Part shown: positions 50,975 through 64,000 of the stretch, one piece after another
Layout of the letters: every line of letters begins with the position of its first letter
How positions within the stretch are numbered: the stretch's first letter is position 1
NCBI GenBank assembly: GCA_030141605.1
Contig: JAQGDQ010000344.1
Span: 62,001 to 126,000 of the forward strand
Direction of reading: 5' to 3'
DNA length: 64,000 bases
From: Tubiluchus corallicola
Taxonomy: Eukaryota; Animalia; Priapulida
Notes under the pieces: model-generated
Told to the model about the DNA's origin: nothing
Seen by the model: only the letters and a program-made list of their open reading frames with translations
Databases searched by the model: none
Made by a program: the position numbers and the translations under genes

Positions 50975-53900
50975 AGTTTCTAGAGCAGTCAATTAACAAA
51001 GTGGGTTTAGCTGTAGCTCCTTTGTAGACTTATGGAGATGGAACAGTTAAAAATATGTGAATGTAATGTTGGAAGAAGTGAGAGAGATATATGACCTTAA
51101 ACTGAATATGGTGATGGTTAAATGTAATCATAAAACCTGTATTTGAAAGATTTAAAATATTCACCAGTAGTGATAGGAATCGATTATTGTTTTATCGAGG
51201 AAAAATCAATTTTTTTATCGATGCAAAACAAAATCAATTTTTTATCTATTATCGAATCGATAAAATAAATGATAATCACCACAGAAAATCGATACAATCG
51301 GAGTATCGATATCGAAATCGATGAGTCATTTTGGCAATTTGTGTGCCCTAGTAATAATAAACATATTGAGAACAATAGTTTATATTATCGTGTTATTAAC
51401 TTCAAAGCCTGGTAGCATTAATTACATAAAATGATACTTTGCAGTTTGCACTGTGTAGTACAGTGCATACCACGCTTGTAAAACAATTTTATAAAATGTG
51501 TATCGAAATCGTATCGAAACCATATTGCAAATCCTTATCGTTTATCGAAATTGTACTACCCACCAGATATAGAAAAGAAGATGATACTGCAGAACATGTG
51601 TCGGAACATGGAGTGATTAAAAAAATATTGCCAAAAAAGAAGATTTTGAATGGAAACACCATTAAATCCAAAGATTAAAAGCAGTGGTTCCCATCCCCAC
51701 TTGCCTTTCAGGTGGATTCCTAGCACCCCCATTCACACATGCAAACAGTCACCTCTTCTTATTTTCATACGCTTCAAATTGAAAACAGCAGGATTAAACA
51801 CAAAGATGTATTTCACAAATAAAACCAAATATAGTAAACCAATTTATTTAGCAGTTTTAGTTGTGTCAGCAATATGGAAGGGTAAAGCAACATCTCACCA
51901 ATAACCATAGTAACATAGTTCATTGTCTTCACAGTTATTGTTAATGGGATGGATGTGCTTGGTGCAGAGATATCAGTTTCTTAACATCAGGCTAGAACTC
52001 ATTAGGAAAAAGCCGTAGATCCTCACATTCAGTAATTTTCAGTCTGTTTCTTTGCTTGGAAAGAAGCAAGGTGACTGCACTAAAGCCTTATTCTACTAAA
52101 TGTGAGCTTGCATAGCAAAATCATCCATAAATCAATAGTTAAGCCTTTCTAGTTATTCACATATCCCGAAGCTCCATTTCATGAGGATCATTTTAACACT
52201 AAATTCTTTGCTCTATGTTATTTCTAAGCTGAGATAATCCACGTCGAAGTTGAGGTGCAAGCTATGCACTGAAAAACGTAACCTTAAGAAAATTGGTGTT
52301 AAAGTTAGCCATTGTTTTTTGTCATGTTTTACAAATGTTGGTTGCTGTGGACTTTGCAAGAGCACATTGAAGTTATTCTTAAATCCAGTAGATGGCCCTT
52401 TCTGATGAACATTTGGGCTTGGCAACTGAAAAATGGAAGCAAAATGACTTCTTCCACGAGCTAATTTCAAAGTTTGAAAATAGAAGTTTTTTTACAATTG
52501 CAGTACTAGTTTCTAGCCGGAGAAGTGGGTACAGGGCTATAAAATTAGATTTTTTTGTATTTTTTCAGCATTTTCTTGATAATTTGATGCTAGAGTATAA
52601 AAGTCCAATACATTTAGTGTTTGTTTTTATAAAAAACAAAATTTGCCCAAATTTTTGGTTCATTTGACTTTGAAGCATCATAACACAGTTTTAACTTTGC
52701 TGACTTGTGGACTGTTTCGGTTTGCAAGCTCACAAATATGATGTTGGGAAGGCAATAGAGTACATCTTGACCTTGTTCCATAATACCGGATTGCAGTCAG
52801 AGATTTTTTATAACCTAAAACCTTGACATGATTTTTTGAACTTTGGCCTTATCTCAATGTCAACTGAAATCAGTTCTTCCTCTCCCACTACTGTTGACAT
52901 CTAATAATGGATTGATCACCTAGTATGGCATTTTAAGCAAAAAAGGATTATTCTTTATAAACTGCATACATTTTCCTTTATGTTAGTGTATATGGCATAT
53001 ATTTTGTCATTCAGATTTTGTAAAAAAACAAAAAGTTATTTATTAACTGCCACCCTGTGACACCACTACCACCCCCACAGATTTTTTCACTGCCCACATT
53101 GGGAACCACTGATTTACAAGAAGTAACTAATTATAAAAGTAACAATGGAGAGGAGAAAACAAAGAAAGAGATTTTAAACCTAAGCTCCACACTGATGATT
53201 AAACAAAGAACTAAAATAAAAAATCCATGATTAGTGCCTGTTAGTATAACAGTGGGCATAGTGAAAACCATGAGTTACAATTTTACTATACCATAGAAGT
53301 TGTGGTCATCAATAAATTATTGTATATGTCGGCTTGAATCAAAACCCACTGGCTAAGTATTTCATCAGTTTCTGAGTTTGATATATGTCTAAGCAGGGTA
53401 AATACGAACATTTACTGTAACATAAGTTCGTTACCTAATTCATTACCTCACTATCAGTTTTTATAGTACTGTACAAATTTTATATTGCTTTATATCACTG
53501 TATAAACCTGAAAATTATCACAATTATTGCGAATGTACTTAAAGACAATAGTAATCATTCCAAACAATTGGTTAACCAGTTTAAACTACATTAACAACTT
53601 ACTGCTAAACTACCATACACATAGTCTATATCTTCTTTACAATGACTATAGACTATACATGGTAATTACAACAAATTATAATATTCAAAAACAAGTCAGA
53701 GGAAAGAAAAATACCAACTGTTAAACCCAAAGTGCTTACTGTTTCATACGTGAGACGAAATTAAAAGCTTTACAGTTCACAAAACTTGAAGCCCTCAAAC
53801 CATCGTCACATTGATTAGGTTCAAGCTTCTTTCGTTTGTGTACAAAGATGCGTAACTTGGATACCGTATAGAGTTCTCACTGGTGGCGCTAGTGTATAAA

Positions 53901-54212
53901 CATGTGAGCCTTCGGTTGCAAGTATGTGTTGTAGGTACGGATTTTTAGATAGTTTTGAAGTTTTAAATAGTTTAAAACAAAACAGTTTAAGTCATCACTT
54001 TTCCTCAAAAAGTGTGTTGTGTGATGATTAACAATCCAGTAAACAGTTATGCTGCATAGCGATGTTCAATACAAAGAATACCGAGACGAGATCATGCTTA
54101 CTTGCTTGCGGAGTCTATATGACCTAACCACAACACGGTTATTGACGGTCTCTCAACAATTTGCGAAATTGCGGCAGATTTGATGCGTCAACTGTTTCAC
54201 TATTAAGCGAAT

Positions 54213-55720
54213 TCAAAGGGCCCACAACACGAGAAGAGAAGAAATGAGCTCTGATATTAGTGCGAGATTACTGCACAAATGATTTAGAATTGTGTCCACG
54301 TAAATCACGTGGTGGTCTAGAAAACATTTGTCACTACGCAAAATAGAACTACCACTAATAACTTTATAACAGTTAATAAGATCTATGGTGTCACGGCATT
54401 GTTCAAGAGAAGATACAGGGTCAGGCTGAATATCAGAGGCCAGACTGATACATCTCCATTGAGTTTTTTCTAAAGCATTTTTAAGAGTAACATACTGTGG
54501 TGACCAAACAATGCATGCATATTCCAGTATTGGCCTAACTACAGCTTTATAAAGAGGTACAATAACTTTTGCACTATGTGATGAAATGCAGCGTTTTATC
54601 ATTCCATTCCGCTGCATTTACTACGTTTGAGGGACATCAGCCAGTTGTCACACCACTACTCAATTTCAGACAGGTCAGCTTGTAAGCTCTCTTGATCAGA
54701 GGAATTTCGAATTGGACTGTAAGGTTTTATATCATCAAGAAACAGTGATATACGTGTGTCAGGGGATGCACAATCAGTAACATCATTGATAAAAATAAGA
54801 AAACAATAAGGTCCCGACAAAGTCCCTTGGGGAATGCCAGTGCTTACATTTCTCCAGGAAGTGATCATTAAAAACTACTCTTTGCCACCATTGGATTTGT
54901 TTCCCTCTTTGCATTTCCATTTTCAACATGAGACGACGAAGAAGAACGTATTCAAATCCGTTTCTAAAATCAGTATATAGAATATCAATTGATGGGAGAG
55001 ATGGGTCATCAAAGAATTGGGACCGGTCATGTAAACATTCGAGAAGATTTGTTATTGTGGAGCATTGTGGTAAAGAACCATGTTGATTATTATTGAATTG
55101 GCCAGAAGATAGGAGGAATTTTAGTATGTCGTCCCACAAAAGAGATTCAAGACATTTGGAGACAACAGAAGATAGAGAAGTAGGGCGTAATTTGTCACAT
55201 GTCAAGTTGGTGCTAGGTTTTTTGGGGATAGGGGTAACATTACAATCTAACCAGTCTTGAGGGACTATGCCACACTCCAAGGATTTGCAAAAAAAGAAGA
55301 AAAAGGGATTTTGAGAGTTGTAAGGCACATGATTTCAATATAAGACCGTGAACATTATCTGGGCCAACATAGTGTTTGGAAAATTTATCATAGACATCAT
55401 TCATAGTAAATTCAACGTAAGAAATACTATCATTATTCCAAGACAAGGGAGTTGGTAAGGGACCATCATCAGGTTCATTAGTGAAGAAAGAAGCAAAAGA
55501 ATCATTAATAGTATTAGCAACTGTGGTAGGATCTGAAATTATGTGTTGATGATCATTAATAGTAGTAATATGATTAGGAGGTTTAAGGAAATTTTTACTA
55601 TAACGGAAAAACTCTTTACCATTCTTACTTAGTTGATTTGCAAGACACGCCTCATATCGCAAGCGAGCAGAATATAAAACTGATTTCAATTTCTGCGAGG
55701 AGCGAGTATATTCAGCATGA
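54213..55720 (-). mobile_element. Decayed CR1/jockey-group LINE ORF2 (reverse transcriptase)
   Basis: Frameshifted pieces: GPDNVHGLILKSC, VPQDWLDCNVTPIPKK, RPTSLSSVVSKCLE, QHG, YTDFRNGF, GIPQGTLSGP...IFIND, LFLDD (catalytic motif altered) and LYKAVVRPILEYACIVWSP. Confidence 0.9.
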
Positions 55721-57247
55721 ACACTGAATAATCAGTCATATAACTATAATCATTCATAGTCTCAAAAATGATTTACCGGTCCGTGTACCTTTGTGGAGTG
55801 ACTGAAGGTTAAAAATGGTAGATTAAAATTTGAAACTTGAAATTTACTACCTTCTTTCTACTCTTCATAGTCGCTCTTGTTTATAGGCATGTTTGTCTAT
55901 GTCAGTATGTACATTTGGCGCCTTTTATTAGATTCACAGTTAATAATAAAATCAGTCGCTAAATGACTCAAAAACGCCTGGTACGGACGCTTCTGTTCAG
56001 ACGTTTGTAAAAACCTACATCAATTCACTCAAATAACGTCAGTTAAATGACTCAATATTGTTTTTAAAGCTCCTGCTGTTTTTCACAGGGGAACAAGGTT
56101 ATCACCAACAGCAGCTCGAGCACTAGGGGACTAGGTGTTTTGCGTGAATATATGCAGTGTGTAGCAACATATTCTCAATGTTTTTATCAGTATGAGAATT
56201 TCATAAACCAATTTCTTCACGAAGAAATGGAGCAACCGACGTTGCACGAATGTTTGTAATTTGTAGTTGTAATAATCAATTTTGTGCAATCTTAGTTGCA
56301 TTTTAGTTATTTTTTTCTTATTAATTCACTTACATAAATTAGTAATCATAAATTATTACACATCGTAATTTTTACATTAATTCGTTTCCAAAATTCATTT
56401 AAAGCCTTTGCAGTGCATACTAAGGTGAGGAGTGATGATTCGTACTCCTAGTAGTAATCTGCTACACCTGTCGGCTAATAGTTTCATTTGGTTAGTTGGG
56501 TCCCATCCCAAAGTGAGTCTATTAAGCACTGCTTACTGTATAATATAATAAGTCCAGTGAATCACCCTTATCACCTTTATATCATCCAGTGCCTAAACAT
56601 TAAACCCTGTTTACATCAGAGCAGGTAAACATGAATCCTTGTACTAATATTGTACTACTTGCAGATATTGCGAAAATGAATGTTCGCGTGTCTGTAACTA
56701 CTTTCAAGAATGTACTTTTCATTAGGACAAGAAAACGGGTTTTCACAAATAAAGCTTAAAAAGGGCGAGCAAGTATTATGCTAACTTTGCATGAACAATT
56801 TTTTGGTATACAAAATCTTCAAAATCCCATTTTCATCCCTTTTCATATAAATTTGACTGCTCTGTGCTATTAAACGTTTGTATCGGCTGTTTGTATTACA
56901 TATTGTCAAGTACCAGCTTTTTTCAAGCACACATGCTGTTTCTAGGCTTTGTAGGCATTTGTGTTGCCTTTCAATAATACTAAAGATTTCTAAGCAAATA
57001 TCAAAAATCCCTTTCTTACTTTGTAAGCATTTCAGCCCTCGTGAACTGTTCCTCTGTCTCTTAATGTGCAGATGATTAACTATTCAGGTTCTGTAACTCT
57101 GCTTACTGAAACGTTTATTTTTTGCCTATTTAAGTTCAAGTAAAATAATTTTTTTCTTAATTTATGTACAGTGTCGTGCTATTCAGACAGCAACAGTTTA
57201 CATAAATTAGGGCCTGCATAGTGGTTGAGCAGTTGTGCGTATTTAGT

Positions 57248-57307
57248 ACTGAAAGTTAAGCAACACTGGGGTCTGGTAAATCAGTGGTTAGGTGACATCC
57301 AGGAAAC
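57248..57307 (+). pseudogene. 5S rRNA-derived fragment (possible SINE3-type head)
   Basis: ACTGAAAGTTAAGCAACACTGGGGTCTGGTAAATCAGTGGTTAGGTGACATCCAGGAAAC follows the 5S box A to box C region. A related piece lies at 43417-43467. Confidence 0.5.
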
Positions 57308-58178
57308 ATACTTTTAGAGGTTAATTTTTTCATTTTCCCTGCCTCTGAATACTCACAAATCTTACTACTCACAATGGGTTAGGGAGAAGAGGACAGTAAT
57401 AAAAACAAAGTTTGGCTAAAAGAATTTTGGAAGATTGTGTTTATCACATTATTGAGGTTTTTTTCTGAAGTATTTTTTATTTGAGTAGTACTTATTTTAG
57501 ACATTTTTTAAAAAACATAGGATTTTTTTGCTTTATGGTGTGCAAGCACTGATAGACAAAACAAGAGATGCGTTTTTGGAGTCCTCAGGAGGAACTTGAA
57601 AGCTGAGTTTCGGTTAATATACTTATTATGTAAGTCTGTAATGGGTCACTTTACTTGGGTGGTCTGTATGTTATGCTTATATTCTTTTTCACCTTGTACA
57701 GGTCTTCCTGGCCAATTTATTGTGTTGTATCTTTTTTTATTATTGTGTTAATTTGCTACGGCTAAATAAATATCAAATATCAATACAGAGTCTTTACTGT
57801 TCCTAAAATAGCTTATTTATGATACGTTGATATTTCCATAAGTTTTTTATTTTGATCTCCATTTTCATCGATGAATTGTAACATTGTTTTGCTTGGTAAC
57901 CTCATAATATCACTTTCTTTGCAGGAACGTGTGCCTATAATCATAGTTATCAGCTGCAATTTCCTGTCGCTATTATTTATCTTTGTTGGCACTTCCTTCC
58001 TGTAACAACTTTGCATTAGGAGACCACTCAAGGTGTCATCACTCTGCTGTACATTATTGAAAGTGTCTCAGTTCAAGATTTGATAAAGAAATGCAGAGTG
58101 TAATAATGTGGCACCAACGTTAGTAATATGAATTTATTGTATATTTTTGCAAGCGCTTTGGTATTTTTCAAGGATTAA

Positions 58179-61100
58179 ATGAGCTCCAGATGGAAGAGGT
58201 ATACCATCGGATTTAAGTCCAGAGAAAAACCCAAAAGTCCGCTGGTTGAATCACGAAAGCAGGATGATGTGAGGTCATTACAAGGCAGACATTCAGTGAG
58301 TTGTGACAGATTGGAGTATAAGCCCAAAAACATGGGAGATCAGATGGTGTTTGGTGAAGCTGGGGCGGCCTCAAATCATGCCGTGTTCGAGGACTTGGAG
58401 TACTGCAAGGAATCATTCAGTCGCCTTTATGATCTTCAGAAACAGAAGATACTCTGCGATGTTACCTTGGAGGTCGGCACGAGGTCAATTCAGTGTCACC
58501 GAGTAGTGCTGGCTTGCTGTAGCCAATACTTCCATGCAATGTTTTGCACAGATATGGCTGAACGTCACATGGAAATCATTCCTATCAAAGACATTGACCA
58601 GACGGCAATGGAGCAGTTGATTGAATTCGCTTATACGGCACGCATTCTGTTAACTGTCGACAATGTACAAGAGATTTTTTACGCAGCGTCAATTCTTCAA
58701 TTGGATTCGGTCTGCAATGCCTGCTGCTCATTTATGATGTCACATTTGCATCCAAATAACTGCCTGGGAATGCGTGTGTTTGCAGAGAGACACAATCATC
58801 AAGCACTGATTCAAGCAGCTGATCGTTACACAATGGACTATTTTCCAGAAGTCGTGCAGAGCGAGGAATTCTGTACCATGACTGAGACAAATCTTGTGCG
58901 GCTAATCCAAGCAGATGAACTAAATGTTTCCAGTGAAATGGAAGTCTATGAAGCCGCCATGAAGTGGGTGAAAAGTGACGTCGATAACAGAAAGGATTCC
59001 CTCTCGATGTTAATTAGCAAGGTGGATACTGTATAGCGTGATCGTTTTGCTTTGTTCTCTGGTGACTTCTTTCCTTTCTTCTTTTCTCTTCTCATTTCTT
59101 TTCCCTTGTCTTTTCACTACTGTTTTCTCATTTCAAAAGTTTCTCTTCTGTATTTTTCCTCTCCTACTGTCTTTTTTCTCGATTTTCTTCCTCTCCCACC
59201 TTCTCCCTACACTCCCCATTCTCCACTTTTCCCCTTTGCTTTGGTCTTTCCTCTCCTTACCTCTTCTGCTCATTCCCATCTTGTTCTGCTCTGTTTGACA
59301 GGGTTATGTTTTAATAATTTTGTCCTGTTCTGTCTCATCCTGACCTGTCTCATCCTCTCCTGTACTGTGCTTTCGTATCCCACTCTGTTCTATCTTGTTC
59401 TCTTCTACTTTCTTCTTTTCTGTCCTGTTACATTCTGTTTGAACACTTCTGGTGCATCATCATACGACTGCGAGTAGTACAATTACACACTTGCATTGTT
59501 TTTTTAACTCGCCCCTAGATGGCAGACAAAAAATTGCTCAGTCACCATAGTAATGCCAACTTTAACTATGCCCATTCCAGCAGTGTGATATTAGAAGCTA
59601 CAGCAGGACAATGAACATAGCAGCTGCGTGTCACAAACACCATTGCAACTTATTGTTCCAGCTAAGCTGCTTCTTGCCTGCTGCTGCGTAAAATTTTGTG
59701 CAATTTTTTTACAAACATCATTGGTGCACAAAAAGTTTATGTCCAGCATTTGCATTTGCATAAAACACTTAATAAATTTACCAAAAATGCACAAAACCCA
59801 AAAACGATCTTGACACAGAAATGTGATCATTACAAAGCTTAAGAACCCCTCCTAATAGATACATTTGCTGTTCTTACCTGTAAGTGTTCATTGTAACAAA
59901 ATTAATGAATATTGTGTAAAAAGTGAAATTTCCCAATGGCAATTAAGTTATTCAGGCACTACAATGAAACTTGTAATTGCATTATTTGCAGTCGCATGTT
60001 CTGTTCTTTTAATGTTTCATTTTGCATGACAAGGTTTTTTTACAATAATGTTGTGTTTTAGGTTAGACTGCCACTACTCCCAGCAACATATCTAATGCAC
60101 CAGGTAGAAACTGAAGAACTATTGAGAAGGGATTTGACCTGTCGCGATTTGCTGGATGAAGCCAAGTACTACCAATTGTCCTTAACCGGCATAGTTCCTT
60201 GTGCTAGAGTAACGGACAGAACAAAGTTTCGGAAAAGTTACGCCGGTGAGAACTAATACAGTATTACACAATCCCCTTTAGTTAAATATTGGATGGTGAT
60301 TTTTATCCTTAAAACCTCTTTCTTTTTATCTTCTTTTTTTTCTTTTTCTTTGTTTCTTTTAGTTTTGCTTCAGGTAAGTTGTTAATTGTATATATTTAAT
60401 TGTTAAATATATATATATATATATATATATATTTAGTTAAATATTGGATGGTGATTTTTATCCTTAAAACCTCTTTCTTTTTATCTTCTCTTTTAGTTTT
60501 TCTTCAGGTAAGTTGTTATATATATAAAGTATATATATATATACTTTTACTTATGTAGCTTAACAAACCAAAGAATGATATTAACTTTTACGTAGAGGTT
60601 GAAGGTGAGTCAGTTGCTACTACATCAGCTGACTCACATAATAAATCAGCCATCTCAGCTGAGGTTGATTACTTTTTTGCTGACTTGGCTTAAAGAAAAA
60701 ATCAGTAAGTCAGCTAAAGTTACGAATTCTTGCTAACTAAATAAACGATAAATTGTTAGTTAACTGTTAAATTATGAAGACAATTTTTTTAAATAATTCA
60801 TGTTGCTTATACACAGAAAAAAGCTGATGTACAAGTTCTAACAGTGCATTAGAGATCAATTTTTTATTATTATAAAGAAGCAATGGATTTATTGCAAATA
60901 TAATTTAAATCCAACTCTTTGTGAGGCTGTCTTGATTGCCGAAAAATCAATTCCAAAACACCAAAATGATCCCATACATGTGACTAACATTGTCTATTTG
61001 TGTATTTAATGTTGAATTGACCGCTTTCTCATTCAAAAATTTCTCCGTGCACCATCACATTCTTGAACTGCAACATTTTCGTATGTTTGTTTGTTTAAAA

Positions 61101-61664
61101 TTACAATTACAAATTACAACATTAAAATTACTTGTGTTTGTTTCGTTTTACACAGTATTAAAACAATGGCTAAAAATTTTCTGAAGCAGCACCCCACTAA
61201 TTTTAGCTGCAAGCACCAGTGGTAATGAGTGTCAGTTCGCGCCTACTATACGAGAGTAACTTGTTCTCTAGTCTGAAAATGCTTAAAAGTCATGTGGTGA
61301 GTTTTTTGACAAGTCTGAACACGCCGTTAGTGATGAAGTTTTACATCATTTTGTTGCACATATTGTCGTTTATTTTGAGTAATACTTCATTTTAAATTAG
61401 TTTCTTTACACAAATACTATTAAAGGACATTGTTGTGGGCTTGTATAGCTATATAATTGTGTAGCAACCACATCGTGCCAACATAAATTATTATTTTGAA
61501 TATGTACTGTTTTACTCCAGGAGTAATATTTTGCATGGGAGGAAGGGGAAATTCCATGGATCCTCTCCAGTCAGTTGAATGTTATGATTTGAGACGCAAT
61601 ATTTGGTTACCTGTAACAGAAATGATGACGAAACGACGACATGTAGGTGGCGCCTGCGCTGGAG
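58179..61664 (+). CDS. KLHL8: BTB-BACK-Kelch protein, KLHL8-like; 3' exons lie beyond the window
   Basis: Exons 58179-59021 (BTB LCDVTLEVG...CHRVVLACCS and BACK), 60062-60245 (VRLPLLP...CRDLLDEAKYY) and 61521-61664 (GVIFCMGGRGNSMDPLQSVECY...KRRHVG, the first kelch repeat, KLHL8-like). Confidence 0.85.
59040..59435. repeat. Polypyrimidine (C/T) low-complexity tract
   Basis: About 400 nt that are almost all C/T on the + strand. It accounts for the hydrophobic spurious ORFs 59038-59477. Confidence 0.9.
60277..60545. repeat. Local tandem duplication with (TA)n microsatellites
   Basis: TTAGTTAAATATTGGATGGTGATTTTTATCC...CTTCAGGTAAGTTGTTA occurs twice, each followed by TA runs. Confidence 0.85.
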
Positions 61665-62584
61665 GTAGGTTTTTTATCAAAAGCTTCGAAAAAGGCGCTT
61701 GAGTTATCTTGAGCTGGAATTGAGGGTCGCATTACATGGAGAAAAAATGTACATTTCTTTTGTTAAGGAAGACGTATGTATATTCATAGTTCGGTTTGCC
61801 AGACAAATGCAGGGAGACGTTGATGCGAATTTGTCGATTGTCCGTATTTACCGATACTAAGCTAATGCAAATACGGTAAGCGCTGTGTATTAGACTCGCG
61901 GTAATGCAGAATCAATTGCCTAATTGTCTCAAAAACGTCTAGTACAGTCTTTTATAAAAGTATATAAAAAACTGTCGGCAGTGACTCAAATAAACTACTT
62001 AAACACTCTGACATGCTGATGTAAAGATGTAAACAAAGTGACGGCCCGCCAATCTAGCACTCTGCTCGCGAAACAACGGACTGTGTCCGTAGTCTGCGGG
62101 ACTTTTTGACAGTCCAGATTTTGTCCGACTCTTCCCATATTCGTAAAAGCGAGGTCTGGCAAACCGAGATATGAGTGTATACACATGCAGACCTGCCACG
62201 TCTCTGCCGGTCTAGTATCTCTCCTTAGAGGATTTTCTTGATAGACCAAAACATTCCTCTCCTACCTACAAGCATTAACATAATAAATCGGCTCTGCTAA
62301 TGTGCTGACTCATGTAAAATAATCCAATTACTTTGTATACCGCTTTATTTCAAAGGGTTTTCTCGACTCATCACAACCTGGAAGATTAATAAGTGTTGAT
62401 CAGCAGACAATGCTGTAAGGCACAACAAAAAGACAAAGACAAAAGATGAGATTTATTCACCATCGCTCGTTTAACAGACAATATTATCACTAACAGCTAT
62501 TTAGCGACTTGCACTTACAACAATACAGGTAAGGATGCAACACACAAATAACGAATAACATGTAGGGTATATGTCCAAGCGTTG

Positions 62585-62652
62585 GCAGCCGCTAGCCTCG
62601 ATCTCAAGACTGAGTGGTTGCAGTCCGAAATCTAGATCACTCGGCCAGCCAA
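62585..62652 (-). mobile_element. tRNA-derived SINE head or tRNA relic
   Basis: On the - strand: A-box-like TGGCCGAGTGA, an anticodon-arm-like GGACTGCAACC and a degenerate B-box GAGATCGAGGC. No intact cloverleaf. Confidence 0.4.
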
Positions 62653-64000
62653 ACCAAACAACAACAGGCATGTGTGTATTAGGGATGTTAAACATGATAT
62701 CATTCCCAACGATACAATAACGATAATCTGCTTTTCAGAAAATACAATGCGATAATTTATTTCAAATGATGAAAACTATACTGAACGTGTGGTTAGCTAT
62801 TGTGTAAGGAGTCCCAGTGTATTGCAACACAGTATTTTTTGCAGGTTGTTTCACAATAAATATATAGAGACATGTAATGACAAAGATCTCTCTTTTTTGT
62901 TTAATCATAAAGTAATATAAATACACTCATATCTCGGTTTGCCGGACAAAAGTGGGGAGACATCGGTCCGAATTTGCTGATTGTCCTCATTTACCGACAC
63001 TAAGCTAATAGAGTAGGTGCTGTGTATTAGACTCATGGTAATGTAGAATCAATCGTCTAATTGTCTCGAAAATGTCTAGTACAGGCCACTTTTATTCAAA
63101 TGTATATAAAACTGTCAGTAATTGACTCTGTATTTTTCTGCATGTTTCAATAAGACACTTTCATGTGATCAGTGAGCTTTTTTGTGTCGTTTACTATGCT
63201 TTTGCGCACTAAAATATACGTAGAAACAATCACGTTAAGTACAGTTTATCATTACATGCTGCTTGGTTACACTGATGTAATGATGTAAAAAAAGTGATGG
63301 CTCATCAACTAGCAGTCAGCTCGCAAAACAACAGACTGTGTCCATAATATGCAGGACATTTTTACGGTTTAGATTTTGTTCAATTCTTCCGATATTCATA
63401 AATGCAAGGTATATGAGTGTATGTGAGCTGTGTCAGATAAATATATTACGTATAGGTCAATTACTACATAATATGTTTATTTATATTAGCTGCACTGTCT
63501 GCACTTTACAGGAAAAATACCTCTGAAAATACTTCACTTGGCATTCGTGTGTCAGTAAACTGACTCAAGATAGCCACTATTACAAGAAGAAAGAACAAGA
63601 AGATTATTCAAACACCTTATAAATAACTCGGTTTTCATTTTTTGTGTAATTCTAGTGCATAAATGAAAAAACTAAGTGAAATGATTTTATAACGGTGAAC
63701 GATATGAACTAAATTTGATACGATAACGATATATTTAGAATAATATCAATAAGATAATTATTAAAAGTAATTTTTCATATCAATACGTTAATTTATAATT
63801 ATCGATGCGTATCATTCTCGTTAACATCCCTAGTGTGTACACAGGTGAAACAAAACACTCATATACCTAAATTATTATAATCTGTTGATTTAAAATGCCT
63901 CTAAAAGTGTTATTTACAACCATGGAAATGATTCAGACAGTGATATGATTTGTCTAACAATGTTTTACTGATTATTTCACACATTCTCTCCATTATTACT

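Noticed and set aside
55740-56150. Shared promoter and first exons for EVG1 and KLHL8 (repeated AAATGACTCA)
   Set aside because: Plausible from gene orientation, but several donors compete (about 53740, 55776, 55788) and none can be fixed from sequence alone.
59038-59477. Hydrophobic membrane-protein-like ORFs
   Set aside because: Translation artefacts of a C/T low-complexity intron tract.

Overview
AT-rich genomic DNA from a non-vertebrate animal, with spliceosomal GT-AG introns of mostly 0.3-2.5 kb packed with MITE, SINE and LINE relics. Six protein-coding genes were reconstructed exon by exon: the 3' half of ERCC6/CSB (+), RPSA (-), RPL27 (-, CDS in one exon), NTAN1 (+), an EVG1/C22orf23 (UPF0193) homologue (-) and the 5' part of KLHL8 (+). 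Two RPSA introns each carry a C/D-box snoRNA with the SNORD74/snR64 guide. The most unusual feature is the RPL27-RPSA locus. Both genes begin with a splice acceptor, and no TCT promoter is visible between them. The clearest TCT/5'TOP leader exon (29545-29583) lies upstream of both, so one promoter may feed a 60S and a 40S protein through alternative splicing/polyadenylation or an operon-like transcript. Just upstream of RPL27, a 43-nt segment can pair with either of two ~30-bp partners, and one pairing buries the donor of a 31-nt non-coding exon: a candidate RNA-structure splicing switch. A palindromic relic with hammerhead-ribozyme-like cores lies in the same region. All gene names rest on recalled family motifs; no database search was run.
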